Of a stretch of DNA of 64,000 bases, positions 36,401 to 50,499 are shown piece by piece. The stretch lies in assembly GCA_010093815.1 (NCBI GenBank), contig ML996565.1; one strand, given 5' to 3'. Below the pieces are notes generated by a model, which saw only the letters and a program-made list of their open reading frames with translations, did not search any database and was not told the DNA's origin. The number at the start of each line of letters is the position of its first letter. Within the stretch, counting starts at the first letter, position 1. Source of the DNA: Pseudovirgaria hyperparasitica (taxonomy: Eukaryota). A program made the position numbers and the translations under genes.

Positions 36401-39400
36401 TCGCTTACATCCATCGAACTTTCCAAGCTCTCAACAATGTTTGGATTGACGTAATCCAAATTCGTATATGGAAGTACCTTATCGAGTATAGATTGCGTAG
36501 CTGGGTACTCACTACTCCATATGGCAAATGAGCTTTTGACATCGTCGAACAATTGTTGGATCTCAAGTGCAATGCTATCGTTGAGCGTCGTTGTAAGAGG
36601 AGCCGGAAGTTTCGCGCTAGCCTCGCATTGAGTAATTAGTGTCTTCGCTTTCCCACTAAAGTCACTGATGCCGTGAGTGACTGGAGCGAGATCTATTGTA
36701 CTCAGTTTGGACTGTATATCGATGAATGAGTTTGCGGTTTCAAGCATTGTTGAGAACCAGCAAAAGTTTCTGTGGAGCTCAACAAAAGATATACATCCTA
36801 TGGTCTCAGCTCGGACTTTGTATTCGTCTGGACGCCAGAGATTCTCGAGCTGATGAAGAGCTTCATTGAAACGAAAGTGGACATGAGAAGCATCAGATAT
36901 TGATTTGCGCTGTTGAATCGACATCTGCATGATACTTTCCAGGAGTGATTTGCTACGAGCTACTTCAGCTGGAGTAACATCACCAGAGTGCTCTCTGGTA
37001 ATATCTCTAACTTTAGGCATAGTCTGCAAAACTTTATGCAGGTAATATTCGGCACCGCCAGTGACGTCGCGGAACGAGTCAGGGAACGAGCCTAGCTGTG
37101 ATAAGATGATAGCAGTGCTTTCTTGTTGCAGCAAGATATTACCGCCGACATTGGAACTGAAACCCATCTTCCTAAGGTCTTTCAACACATCTACAAAAGC
37201 TCTGCGCTTTTGTGTCTTGAGATGTTTAACATTGTCAGTATTCTCCTTGGTAAGAGTGGCAGGTGTTTCTTTACGCAATCGGGCCGAGGTCGTATCGATG
37301 TCATCCAAAAAGGCTTCCAGTTTGCTACAGGCCACAGCCCCCGAGTCTCCTATAGTAGTTCGAGCCTGCATCTTAGCTACTGTTGAAGCCACAAATTTGA
37401 AGCGTGGAGCTCGATCATTCCATTCTGGTACTGATCTTAGTACAATTTTCAATGCTGCTTTATCCTCGGATTTGAGAATTTCGGACTGCTTCAATGGCAA
37501 GCCCTTGAGAGGAGGATCTTGTGAGATATCACTGATTATGATTGATGAAGCCGGTTGTCTAAGAATCGCGCGGAACTTTCGTACTACCTTTGACAGCTTC
37601 TGATGAGAACGCTTCGCGCTTTGGCGCAGGGCATCAATGTTGATGTCTTTCCAGCTTGCAAGTTGTATTGCCTTGTTGATCTCTTTCTCTAGAGGTTTTC
37701 GCAGGACTTGAATGCATTCTTGAATCGGTTTCTCGAAGCGCGAATAAAATCCTATAAAGTTGCCCAGCGCTATCGCAACAGTCGAGGATGTCGTATGGCT
37801 GCTAGACAAAGCTACCAAGTGAAGCTGTAATTGTCTGAGCAAGCTTAGGCGATGAGCATACTCTCCAATTGAGGTGGTTCTCATGTAGTTTTCGAGAGTC
37901 TTCAGCAGAGAGGTGGTAAATGTTTTTACAACTGAGGCATCGGAAGCGTCCAAGGACCTTGTTGATACGATTATGGTTTCATACGCGATGAACCACCAAC
38001 TTCTTGCTTCGTCGACACACTTGTCCTGCTCTTGGTCGAATAGTCTCGCCCATGTTCGAAGTTCAAGTCGCCTCCAGCCCACAATAAGGGAAGTGAGCCC
38101 ATCGTACAATGAGTCAGCACTGAATTCTCTACTTGTGATCTTTTGCCACTCGTTCATCACGCTGTGTATCTTTTCTGCTTTGGTAATCATCTTAGCCAGC
38201 GGGTCAATATGTTTAAATGATAGGGCTTCTCGACAATGCTCGATGACCTCTGACAAAGTTGCGTGCTCGGGCCAGACACTCTTTATCAGACGAAACCGTT
38301 TCACAATCTTCCCAAGAAGTGAATGAAATTTTGTAGCTTCAATGACATTGTGGTCATGATAGAAGTTATACCCCTTAAAATCTGGCTCGCCCTGTTCCAG
38401 CTCACAGGATCGTTTGTCCAATCCCAGCAGGATGAGTGGCATCATGTTTTGTGGTGTGTTCATTCTGGTAGTAGGAACATTCCGAGTATGTGCGATCATG
38501 GTCGAGATGTTGGAGATCATAGCTCGAATGGAACTTTGGGTGTCTCTGTTCTTTACGAATAGAGCGGCATGTATGCTAGCAAGTCTACTCGCGGACCCGC
38601 GGGGAGACTCGATTGGGTCCAGCGGAGGCGGGTCATGGACTACACCACCCTGCTCATAGTCTGGGAACAGGTCTGGGTCAGTCTCCTCCTCTTCAACATC
38701 TTTCTCTTTGTCACGATAAGTATAAAGACTTGTATCTGCAGCGTTCTTCTCTTGTTCTTTGCGAAGGAGCTCCTTCCAAGCTAAATATAGACGATCGAAA
38801 ATGTGCTCTATCAGTTCATTTGTAGCCGAAGATCGCCGAAAGCTTTGTTCGATAGCGCCTTCAACTTGTAGTGCTTCCAGCATACAATGTAAGCTAATCA
38901 TGGATGCTGTTTGGACAAGTTCGGCATCCAGCAGTCTTCTTCGAGAAGTAATGAAAGGCGTCATATTCCAAACGTGGTTGATCGGATCCGTTTCTGTACT
39001 GGACTGGTCTCGAGAAGACACCTGGAATAAAGTGATACCAATCTTGAGACAGGACAGGAAACCAACAACTGGTGTGGTGAGATCATCGTAATGACGGAAC
39101 CCGCGAGTAAGTCGGTGGCTAATCTGTGACAAGTTTTGGAGCAAGTTGTCATCAGCTGTCGCCAGGGTTTCAAGGCCATTTGTCTCAATTCGTCGGAGAA
39201 CAACCAGGAGGTTGTTGAACTCTCCCTGAAGATTGTCTGATTCTGGGTGATTTGGTCGAATGATCGGTACAGCTACCGGTTCCTTACCAAGATCGGACAA
39301 TTGGCGCTCGATGTGGCGGATGCGGAGTGTTGAAATCTGGCCCGTGCATAGAGATTCAAATTCGACGAGTGCCTGTCTGGCTCGTTGGAGACTCTGCTGT

Positions 39401-42400
39401 CGATGAAAGTAGAAGTCTCGTTCGATCATGGGCTTGAGCGCCGGGTCAAAGGTGATGTTCGGCGTGAAAAGCAAAAGCGCCTCAAAGGCGATCTTGACCC
39501 ATATCTCTGCTGAAGCACGGGATCGGGCTGCAGGGGTGTCGTATTGACCCTTGAGATAGCGATCGGCTTCTTGCAAGACAGATGCAAGTCTTTTCAATTG
39601 GGGTTCAAGAACATTGGCCAGCAGCTCTAACGAATTACACTCAAAATAGTCCGAGTGTGCAGCCAGCAAGGCTTGGGAGATGTCCCCTAAGTAGGAGTCC
39701 AAAACAGCGACTTGGTCTTTCATCAATATCGACGACTTGGAGATGAGCACATCACATAAGACAGCAATCTCTCTCCTAGTACGGGCCATTCCTGCCAGAT
39801 TAGTGAACTCTTTTTGCTCCCTGTAGCTTGTTAGATTACATGAGTATCTTTCGAATGAGAGAACCTACAAAGCAACGATCAATGTTTCATATGAGCTGTC
39901 AGTGAGAGCCGGGATTGGAGAAGTATGGTCACTTAGATCAGCATAGTCAATCAGACGCTGGAGCTTGACAGCAATGGAATGACCGGAACGATTAGGTTTT
40001 GTTGGCTGTTGGGCAAGCATAGATGTCACAGCAAGCCTGATGGCAGTCTCATCTTGTTCACCGTCCGCAATTCGAAGTTTCTGACTGATAAGGTAAAAGA
40101 AGCCTCGAAAGGAAGGTGTTTCTTGAATATCAGTATCGGAATCCATGGTTTGCAAAGAGTTCAAAAGCCCAGTAACGCCCTTACGTATTATTAGTAAGAC
40201 AAACATTTGATGAGTGTTCTATTCTTACCATCAGTAGACCTTCTGGGTTTGTTCCTTGTGTAGCGACAAGATCCATTGCCTGTGAGAGAGACGCACGAGT
40301 TCTAGCGAGCTCAAACAGCTCACCAGACGAGCGATATGAAGCGTAATCGTACTGTTCCGCGACTTTCTCTAGCTTGAGAGTGCTTGTGAGTAATTCAGAA
40401 GAAGTCGGCGTGGCCGGTCTAAACGACTGCCACAGGCGCTCCATGCTGAATCCAGATGTAAGTTTGCTGCTCTGGTCGAAGTTAGAAAGCTCGGACAGGA
40501 GCGCCGCCTGGAGCTCCCGGTGTGGCATGTTTTGACTAGGCTGGGATTGAGATAGATGTCGGAGCATAGAGAACAACACGTTGATCCTCGTCATATCTGG
40601 CCTATTGTGCTCAATTGTCTCCGTGATGGACCACCAAACGAGTACGAGAGAACGGACGAAACTCAAGTCCTTGATGACTAGTATCAGAAACACTATCTTT
40701 GATTGAAGGAAAGGTAACATACAATGTTTAGGTCTCCAATCCGAAGTGCAGTCTCAATGTATCTCGCGGCGTGGTTGGGAATAGACGACACAAAAATGTG
40801 AATGTTCTTCATCAGTAGTTTCAAGGCCCCATGCCAAATCCTAGTTGGTAGTGCTTGGAGCTGGCGTTTCATAGCCACAATATCTCCACATAGAACGAGT
40901 GAATGGTCGATGAATTCTGCCTGCTCCATTGTATCTGAATCAATACGACATAGTAGCTCGTTGTTCATTGGATGTATGGACTAGTCTTCGTTAGTACAGG
41001 CGGCAACTTGTTAATAAGATCACCCACTTGCGCATGTAGATCAAGAACCGACACATTCAAGTTGCGCTGCACGCTCTCATAATATGCCCGAACCTTGGGC
41101 AATATGCTGGACACATATGGGCTATCCGTGAAAGTCATCATGGACCACGCTTTGGAAAGACAAAGAATATCCTTGCTGCTCGAATTTCTCGACGATGATT
41201 CGTTCGAGATTGACGGAGACGTAACGGGTGCCAGAACACCTATAGATAAGTCTTCATGTTCATCACCGAAGAATCCACTGCCAGAGGACAACGTGGTCCG
41301 AACAAGACCGATGGTAAGTTGCTCACCAAAGCTACCAGCCCGTGACATGTCATCGAGAGACAAATGACCCATTGCAATATCGATCATGTTTGCAGTATTG
41401 TTGACTGATTCCAAAGCCGCAATTGCATGGCGAAAGCGGTACACTGATGAATCATTCCTGTAATGAGGCGCATGTGCAAGACCTCCGTCATTGCACGGCT
41501 TCTGATGCGATAGAATGAAAAGTTCAATAGCACGATTCCGCATGGCCCGAGATAGTTCGCCATATTTTGGGTCAACAGTCATGAAGATCCGGAAATCAGG
41601 ATGTGGCTTCACAATTCGAGCCTCGCCGCTATCAGAACTGTGTTCGTTGATTATCAGGTAGCCATCAGGCTCAAGGAGTGAGTTGAGCCGGTCTAGGACA
41701 GAACTACTACAGAAGTTTGCATTGTCAAGGACGAGCCAGTGGCCCTGTTCAATAGCGTCTATGAGGACACCATCAACCCACTTGAACTGCGGACCCTCTG
41801 GTGTCGAAGAGGTCTCGATTGCAAGTTCGACTTCAGTATAAAGATTTCGTATTTGAGGCTCTGTGATTTCGTCGCCAATGAGGGACAGTGACTGCAAGAC
41901 TTCTTTAAGAGTCACTTCTGATGAGCATCGACAGAGACGCAAGAAATGCGGTAAAAGCTCCGACTTCACTGGCGAGCTGACTAAGACTTCTATCAACAAG
42001 CCTCGAACGACCCGAGAAACTTGATCCCGAAGACGATTAACAGTTCTGGAGCGATCTACCTGTTCGTAGCCTCCGACGAGATCCATTGCATCGATGTCTG
42101 GGGTCATCGGGAAGGTTATTAATCTTGCACCAGCTGTAGAAGCAAGATGATTCAAAAGAAAGGACTTGCCGCTACCAGTCTGACCAACGAGAATCACAGG
42201 CCATCTCTGTTGAACGCTGATCATCAGGGATTCTAGAACTGGCAGCTTGTCAACGTCTACAGCCATCTGAAAACAAGTCGAATGCGGTATATCAATCTTT
42301 TTTCGGGTGGTGGTACCTAGTCCGACTTGATATGTCATGCAACTGAGATTGTGATAGAATGATCGGGGGGAAACTCGACCTAATCCAGTCTTTTTATACA

Positions 42401-45400
42401 GTGCTAGTAAAGACTCGCGATCTGTAGATGATCGGAACCGAAGAGTAAAGACAGTGTCGAGGTAGTCGCGGACAGATCCAGTGCCAAGTAGTCCGATTTT
42501 TGTTGTAATGAGATGCATCCAGCGCAGCGTATCACGGATATTGAATTCCCAGGGGCTGCCTTGCGTACCGAAGCTGCGATAAACAGCAACTTCCTTTTCG
42601 AGTTCTGACACAAATGTGATCAGGAGACTCATCTTCTCTTCATTGGCATGAGGGAAGGTCTGCTTGCTAATTAATTTCAGGTCTATGCCAGTGAGCACAT
42701 CAGCATATACTACGGTAAATCGATTGACAAAAGAGGCAGGTAGACCTTTCCGACCACCACCTTGATGATGAGGGTTCTGGGCAGCAAACAGACGAAAGTT
42801 TGCATGGCGTTTAAAAGTCTGATCGAGCTCCGAGATGTACACTTCTCCTCTGTGGTCAAGACAGGCGTTAAGACCTTCTAAAATGGACTGGGAAGCTAAG
42901 TTCATCTCATCGAGCAAAACCCATGTGCCCTCTTTCATCGCCTTTAAGAACGGCGCATCCTGCCATGCGAACTTTCCAGCAGCTTCGCCCTCGACGGGAA
43001 CATCGGTACCAAAAAGATCGACGAGGTCTGTTTGCTCAGATAGGTTGATCCTTGTCAAAGGTACACCGACCGATCTAGCCATGGCCACAATCAGCGTTGT
43101 TTTTCCAACACCTGGATTACCTTCGAGAAGAACGGGTTTCGATAGCTGCAGTGCACGAGCGATCCTCATGGCGTTTTTCCTTGTCGTTGGCGCGTTGAAC
43201 CCAAAGGTTGAGTCCATATTCACGCAGGTTCTCTTGGCTAAGCTAAAAGCTCCAAAGGTCATCAGTTGTTCGTCGTCGCTAATTGTTGATGCGTCATAGA
43301 TGGAATCATCAAAATCTGTGTCGAGTAAAGATCCCAACTTCAAGAAACAGGTTCTCCTCTCATCCTCAATCGAAACAGCAGACATTGCCAGCATCGCAGA
43401 TGGATTAGCGCCGAGGGTATCAATGTAAACCAGTGCCGCACCATGGACAATAGCAACGAGCAGTGGTAGAGAACAAGTTGTTATAGTGTTGTTGATGAAC
43501 GAGGCCCAGGAGAGCATGTCACGTATGGACACAGTCGACGTCGCGGATGTAGTGTACTTATTAGCAAACCACTGTGCGAAGGACACAAGCGCACTCGCAT
43601 GTGCCACAGCAGCAGATGCCAGCTTCATTTTGATAATTTGCAGAATATCTTCTGTGTCCGACAACGGAGGTACCCAGATTTCTGTAAAACGATTGCGTAA
43701 AGCTGGTGAGAGCTCTTTCTTGCCGTAGTCACCTCCTGGATTCATTGTGGCCATGAACTGGAAGTCGTGACTTGCTACAATCAAGGACTCATTAGTACCT
43801 TTCTCCGCAAGCAACAGCGTCCTTTCGGATTCGAGAACGCTGTTGAGGCGCTCTAGCACCGAGTCGTCGGCTAGTGAGATCTCATCGAGCAGGAAAAACT
43901 GGCCACTTTTCATAGCAGTAACAAGAGATCCATCGACCCATTCGAATAGAGCAGCAGACTTGGTAGATAGATGCGCGATTTCCTTCTGAATCTTCGGTTC
44001 GACCATGGCGCGCTCTTGTGAAGACAGAGTATTGTACCTATGTAACATAGTACCGAGAGTGTTGTCCAGCTGACCAGTGATTGGTGTCAAAGCTTGTGCT
44101 AACAATTCCAGGAGAGCTTCTTCGATTGCGGCTCGGTTTCGCACCGGACGTTGTGATCCTATGAGATCACTAGTCTCAGTATTCTGATGTGCGTTGACAA
44201 TATGAAGTTGTTTCTCGCAAGCATTTGCAAAGATTTGGCAAACAGTCGTCTTGCCGCATCCGGTCTCACCAACAAGTAGAACAGGTTCATGGTTTCGTAA
44301 AGCTTGAGCAAGCAGTGTGTACAAACGGCGCATGGACTGGGTCCAAACTACGCCGTCGACCCGCGGAAACTTTTGTGGTAAATCGTCTACAGAACCATAT
44401 AATGTAATTTCATTGATCTGTACGCGTGCACCATTCTTGCTCATAACTTTCTCTATGATTTCTTTCACCGCTGTTCTCTCTTCAATTTTCCTGACACGCT
44501 CGGCCAAAAGCATATACCCGTTGGTGGCCAGGTCTTGGATTGTTTCCGCCTCACGCAATGCCCAACGAAAGAGGTCTCGAAGGGTAGCGAAACTCTTTTG
44601 CTCGAATATACGTTCTTCTTGACGAAGTAGAGAGAGCTCCTTGTAGACAGCTACGATCCGCTTACACCACGACTCCGGGACATGCGTTCGTCTATGGAGA
44701 ATCTCTGTGAGCTCCTCTACCGGTATGTCGTCGAAGTGAAGTTCCAAAAACCGGTTTCGAAAAGCACGCGATAACACTTTTCGCCCGCCATATAGTCCTG
44801 CCGGATTCTGGGTTGCAAATAGCATAAAGTTTTCGTGCGGTCGGACGACTTCTTGAGTCTCCGGTAGAAGCAATTCGCGATTATCGTCCAGTAGCCGATT
44901 GAGGGCCTCAAGAACATCTGTTGGCGCCAGATTCAGTTCATCAAGGACCATCCAATGGCCTTCGCGCAAAGCCTTGACCAAAATTCCCTCTTCAAAGCGG
45001 AGACCACCTTCTGAAGACACATATGTCCCTAGATACTCCTGCAAGTCTGTGTGCTCGTGGTTGTTAATCCGGACAAATTGGTTCCCAGTTCGTTTTGCCA
45101 AATACTCAATCATACTGGTCTTGCCGGAGGATGTCGGTCCTTGGATTAAAATCGGATACTTGTTGGTTGAGGTTGCCCTGATCAAATTGTTCAGATTTCG
45201 CTGGACAAAGGGCGTGATGATGTAGTGAGGTTGCTGTGCTTCCGGAATGGGCCCTCGAGGCAGCCAATGATGGCCTAATTGCAAGTAATGTCGATGATCG
45301 ATGGGGGCTTGTAACGACCGTTGAAGTTCTGATCGAGCATTCCCGTGTTGACGAAGTAGGTGCTTTTCGATCAATGGCGCTACGAGACTCTCTGACTTAC

Positions 45401-48242
45401 CATCAAGAAGTGTGCAGAAGCTCATATGAAAGCCTTCATATAGTGCTCGTTCACGTTTACAACGACCGGTCATATCTCGCGCGTAGGTCAGCGTCCTAGT
45501 CAACGTTCGTAGGCTGAAATGCGGCTTCTGGTCCGCACCATCGACCAGGAGGTTCTTTCTGACGAGATCTTGTATTTCTCTGTATAGCGAAGTAACATCG
45601 GCAACAATGCGCTTTGAGTTGGGCTCATTAGTCCCAAGATACGTCTCTACAACGCTGCGCAGGCTCTTGTCGTCGGCATCTGGACTGTCCACGTATAGCT
45701 CGGTGAAGCGCGATCGTATTCCAGGTGGAAGATCCTTCTTTCCCACGTCAGTAGCGGGATTCATGGCAGCGAAAATCCGAAAATCCGGATGAGCCACTAC
45801 GCGCTGTGCATTACCCGTCTCCGTGAGTAGAACAGAGGGTTCCGTATCTGACTCGAAGAGATCTGCCAAAGCCTCAAGCGTGTCGGGCGAAGCCAGGTTG
45901 ATTTCGTCGAGTAAGATCCAGTCTCCGTTTCGTACAGCTCTTACGATGTTGCCCTCCTGAAAAGCGAAAGCAAAAGCTCCCGAGCCTTTTGATATTCTCG
46001 ATTCGAGTAAGGTAAGATTGGATGAGAATTTATTCCAGCGAGATTCCGGAAAAGCCGAAGTACCACAATCTAATCTGCGTTTCTTGGATGGCTGCTCTTC
46101 TCGATCACATCCTATCTTTTCGCGATATGTATTGACCATGCGCAAGGCATCGCGCCATTGGGCACAAACAGCAGTCCATTTACCTTTAGCCATTCGCTTG
46201 GCCAAAATGTCCATGAACTTTCCATTATTTGTTCTGCGTGAGAAGGTCATCCCGAACAACTCGTCAAATTCATCTTTTAAGGGGATAAAGAGGCTGCGAA
46301 TATTAACGGGCTTAAAACCACCGAGAAGATCGCCACTCTCACTTTGCTGGCACAAATTGAAGACGACTAGTTTCCGGCCTAGCTGACTTGCCATGTATTG
46401 AATACATGTTGTTTTGCCCGTGCCTGTCTCTCCGACGAGTAGCAGGGGCTCTTTGCACTCAACTGCTCGTCCTAATTTCTCGAGTAGACGTAATGTATGA
46501 CCATTTGTTGAGAAAGGAGTCATTTCACCCTTCACCGTGATCTTGAACCCTTTTCTCCGATCAAGAGTGACCCTGCCAACTTGAAAACTGGAGTTACCAA
46601 GATGATGCGAGATCTCTCGATGTAGTAGTAGATGGTCTCGTCTCTGGGAATCTATGTGCAGCTCTTTAGCTACGCATGTCATAAGGCTTAGTCGACTTTG
46701 CTGTTCTTGAAAACTGCCAGCGAATGAATCGAATGCTTCCAGAAACATGCCATCTTTTTGTTGGGCAGTAACACGTGCTCCGTCCGTGAGCGACAATGAC
46801 ATACGTCGACACCATTTGAAAAGATCCCGAGGTGTGACAGCTCGTGATCTTGCGAGCTGATCAGTATGCGCGACTTCCAAGCGTTCTGTGCTGATTTTTG
46901 TGTAGATGCTGATGATTGCTTCGACGTGGCCCTGCAACTTCGGAAATCTTGTAGTAACAATAGTCCTGAGCTCGTTAAGAGATAGTGATTCCACTCGTAC
47001 CGTAGACCAGAGTCTCGATCCGATAATAGCTTTGGAGGTAACTTCTTCACCTTTCATGTTTTTATTGCTGCGCATAGTAGCAATGATCTTGAACCCGCGG
47101 GGAGCGACGATCCTCTCGCCACGGCTTGGAATGAGTAGTTCTCCTCTTTCGATGAGGGGCAGGAAAGTACTGAGAATCTCATTTGGGGCTCGATCGAGAT
47201 CTTCAATCAAAATCCAGCGGCCTTCTCTCACTGCAGTCGTGAGTATACCCGGTGTCCATTCGAAGGAACCAGGGTCTGCACCAGTGGTATACATGCCAAT
47301 CAGAAGTTTGGCATCACTCTGTTCATTTAGATGCAAAGTGACCATGGAATTCAGTTTACCTAATTGTGTTGCAAGGTGTCGGACAAGTAGCGTTTTTCCC
47401 GAGCCAGGAAGTCCGGTCAAAAGAACAGCATTTGAAATGGTCAAAGTGCGCGCAAGTTTTCTAAGATTTGCTACTGTCGATAATGTTCGTACAAGGGTAC
47501 TTGGAGATGCAGGACCATTAGTCGCAGAGAGACGTGGTAATAGGACGCCATCGATATCGCAACATTGATCGGAAAGAGAGTTCCCTGCGACTGACACCAC
47601 ACTATCATCTTCGCGTTGTTTCTTCGACCGAGCATGCGCAATCCCTTTGTGTCGCTGCTCCTCCCACAAGCTCAGGAACCAATAGTCGATCCGAAGACCT
47701 TCCCACTCGCCTTCAATGACCTCTTTCCCGACATATCGTAACACCATTTCTTGAGTTGAAGCATCTGCCGCATACAGATAAAGACAGAGTATCCGAACGG
47801 TCAGGTAACGAACGGGTCGGCTTGGATTTGAGAGGAGTACCTGGAGCCGAGCAGGCTGTAAATACCGCGCGAAGGTACAATTATCAAACGCGAGCAGTCG
47901 AAAGACTCCTAGTAAGTGTTCACATAATTGCGACTCGGGTATCGCTGGAGCAATTGCTTCTTCAAGCTCCGAAGGGAGTATGTCTAGGAGTCCTTCGAAA
48001 AGTGCCTGCGAGAATTGAGATTCTGCGAGTTCGGAAAGGTGAGGTGCGAAAGGTAATATCCGCGCAAATGCTGCTATTTTCGTAGTCGAGGTGGTATCAT
48101 GAGCGAGCCATCGTGAGCATAGTTCTGGGAACAAGTGCTCGTATCGGGCAAAGATGTGATCGGTTTGCTGGGGCTCAAGAGCTTTCAATGCTAGTGTCGC
48201 AAGGGTCTCCGAGGAAAGAGAGCCTGGATATGAGAGCTCCAT
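33427..48242 (-). CDS. MDN1: Midasin (AAA ATPase for 60S maturation), ~4872 aa, 5 exons (introns 40981-41027, 40670-40722, 40180-40228, 39821-39868)
   Basis: Six Walker A motifs (GLPGSGKT, GETGTGKT, GPTSSGKT, GETGCGKT, GNPGVGKT, GQTGSGKS), long linker, D/E-rich tail, C-terminal MIDAS (LALDDSQSM); spliced length divisible by 3. Confidence 0.98.
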
Positions 48243-48469
48243 GATTTGTTGGAGCTTCGAATCTACAAATTCATGACGTTCTATGTTAGTGTGCATTGTC
48301 CACACGCGAAGTGTTCGAAAAAAGTTCCTCGACCGCCCTAGCACCGCATGAACGCTAGTCAAAGCGCGATCACGTGTTTGCTAAATCTCAATCCCATTAC
48401 TCCAAGATTTCGGTGTTGCAAGCTCCGCGTGAGCACTCTCCGACGACTCAATCCTCAACATTGACCACG

Positions 48470-49070
48470 ATGTCTCTTGTCTGCCAGACTGCACTTCGGC
48501 GTGCCGTCCGGAGGTCTGGGTTCCCTTCCTCACTCTCATTCACATCGCCAGCCGCTCTGGCCCAATGTCAGCAGGCTCAAAGGTGGCAGACCACCTCGGC
48601 CGCATCACCTACTAATACAAAGATCGCAACAATCGTTGACCAGATCAGTCAATTGACTCTCTTAGAGACTGCAGATCTTGTATCAACCCTAAAGGTACTA
48701 ACCTTGTATCTACGCTTAATTCGGCATCGCTAATAGTCATTTCTAACAGACGCGCTTAAACATACCCGATATGCCTATGGGCGGTTTCGCTGCTGCTGCC
48801 CCTGCCGCTGCGCCGGTCGAAGAAGCACAAGAATCAGCTCCTGCTGCAGCTGAGAAGACGGTGTTCACCTTGAAATTAGTATCATTTGACGCTGGAGCGA
48901 AACCAAAGGTTATCAAAGAGATCAAGAGCTTGCTCGGACTAAGTTTGGTAGATAGCAAGAAGTTCGTGGAAAGCGCTCCAAAGACTATGAAAGAGAATGT
49001 AGCCAAAGAGGAATGTGACAAGATCATTGAGGCGTTGAAAGCTGTTGGTGCGGTTGTCACCATGGAATAA
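48470..49070 (+). CDS. MNP1: Mitochondrial ribosomal protein L7/L12, ~181 aa, intron 48695-48749
   Basis: Presequence, IVDQISQLTLLETADLV, Ala/Pro hinge, EKTVFTLKL..KPKVIKEIKSLLGLSLVDSKKFVESAP. Confidence 0.95.
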
Positions 49071-49322
49071 AATGGACAAACACTTTGTAGAAAGCCGCGT
49101 CCTTCTAACACTTGTATTTATAATGATAAGATCTGTGTAGGTGGAGGCATAAAACCTCTATTTGAGACAGCCCCTCTGCTCAGATTGAAGTTGGTATTGT
49201 AAAGGTCAAGAAACTCCTGAAAATGCTATACATCGCAGACTTCCCATTGATCACATCCAATCAACGCCATACATGCCTTTATCGTGAAAAATTGATTGCA
49301 CCCGTCCACGTCCAAGCATATA

Positions 49323-50051
49323 TCATGCAAATGCTGCTGCCTGTCGTCGCTCTTCAGCTTCCTCTCGAGCCATTATAAAATCATCTTCGCAAATATCACT
49401 TGTTTCTTCCCAGAGCTTGTCGAACTCAGCATTGTCTTCCCCACTAACAGCCCAGATCGTTTCTCTCAACCGCTTATGCCTCTCTCGATCCTCCTCGATC
49501 CTCTGTTCGATCTGTCTTTTGTCAAGGCGACTGCCATTCAATCTACTATTCGCTACTTCGTCTCCCGTCTGAACGCCAATCATAGGATTCTCATCGAAAG
49601 CCGGATGCGCTGCACTAACATCCCTCTCCTTCATCAGGTCCTCCAGCTCCAGCACCGTCTGCGGCAGCAACACCTTGATATCCTGTAGCACATTAAGTAC
49701 CTTCCTCACAACCTTCACGTTCGCGGCGCCCGATCCATCACTTGGCGCCACTGCATCAATAATTTTGAGTATATCGCGCTGCGTCATTCTCACAAACTCC
49801 AAATGCCCTTCTTTCGTGGCCGAGTCGCATAATTCTTTGATGAAATACATGATATTAGCCCTGTTGTTCATGTTTGCACGGTTCATTTCGTCGCGGTAGT
49901 CGAGCTGTTCAAGGATGCAGGAGTGCAAGTCTTCGTCCATGTCTTTGTAGCGGATGGCATAATTCGCGGCTTTCTTGGCGGACATCTCGGTCGCGTTGAG
50001 ACGCTGGAGTTGTTTCGTGAACTGCATGCGTACTTCGAAGGGGTCGGCCAT
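49323..50051 (-). CDS. CTK3: CTD kinase I gamma subunit
   Basis: MADPFEVRMQF start, EDLHSCILEQL, NNRANIMYF, QRIEEDRERHKRLRE, EFDKLWE. Confidence 0.92.
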   Translation of the reverse strand: MADPFEVRMQFTKQLQRLNATEMSAKKAANYAIRYKDMDEDLHSCILEQLDYRDEMNRANMNNRANIMYFIKELCDSATKEGHLEFVRMTQRDILKIIDAVAPSDGSGAANVKVVRKVLNVLQDIKVLLPQTVLELEDLMKERDVSAAHPAFDENPMIGVQTGDEVANSRLNGSRLDKRQIEQRIEEDRERHKRLRETIWAVSGEDNAEFDKLWEETSDICEDDFIMAREEAEERRQAAAFA

Positions 50052-50499
50052 AGTTGGAGAGGTAGAATGGGAGGATTTGGCGCGGAGTTGAAGGCGCGCA
50101 AGTTCGACACCGGAGAGCTGTCCAACGCGGCGGTGATATGCCCGAGAGTTTTGGTACGGGTGGTGATCCTGTTGCACACTTCCGGAAAGGGTATTGTACC
50201 TTTTCTAGGTTATAATCCGAGCATTTTCGACAATAGGCATTTCACCTTACCTGAAGGCCTGAATCTGTTTCGATCAATATATTATTACATGGAAGGGCAA
50301 CGGTCTCGCTCCTATGTCGCAGTCAAGCGGGCAGCTTCGGCCTACTGCGGGGCACGCCCACGTACATTCCATAGGTAATTAGATCGCAGCATAAGTCGCC
50401 TTGTTCGGAACAAACCCTTCCTCTCGAATTGAATTGAATTCTTGGGTCCTAGCCTTATACGAGCAAAACAATTACGTTCTCCTCAGGTAACAGAAGCCT

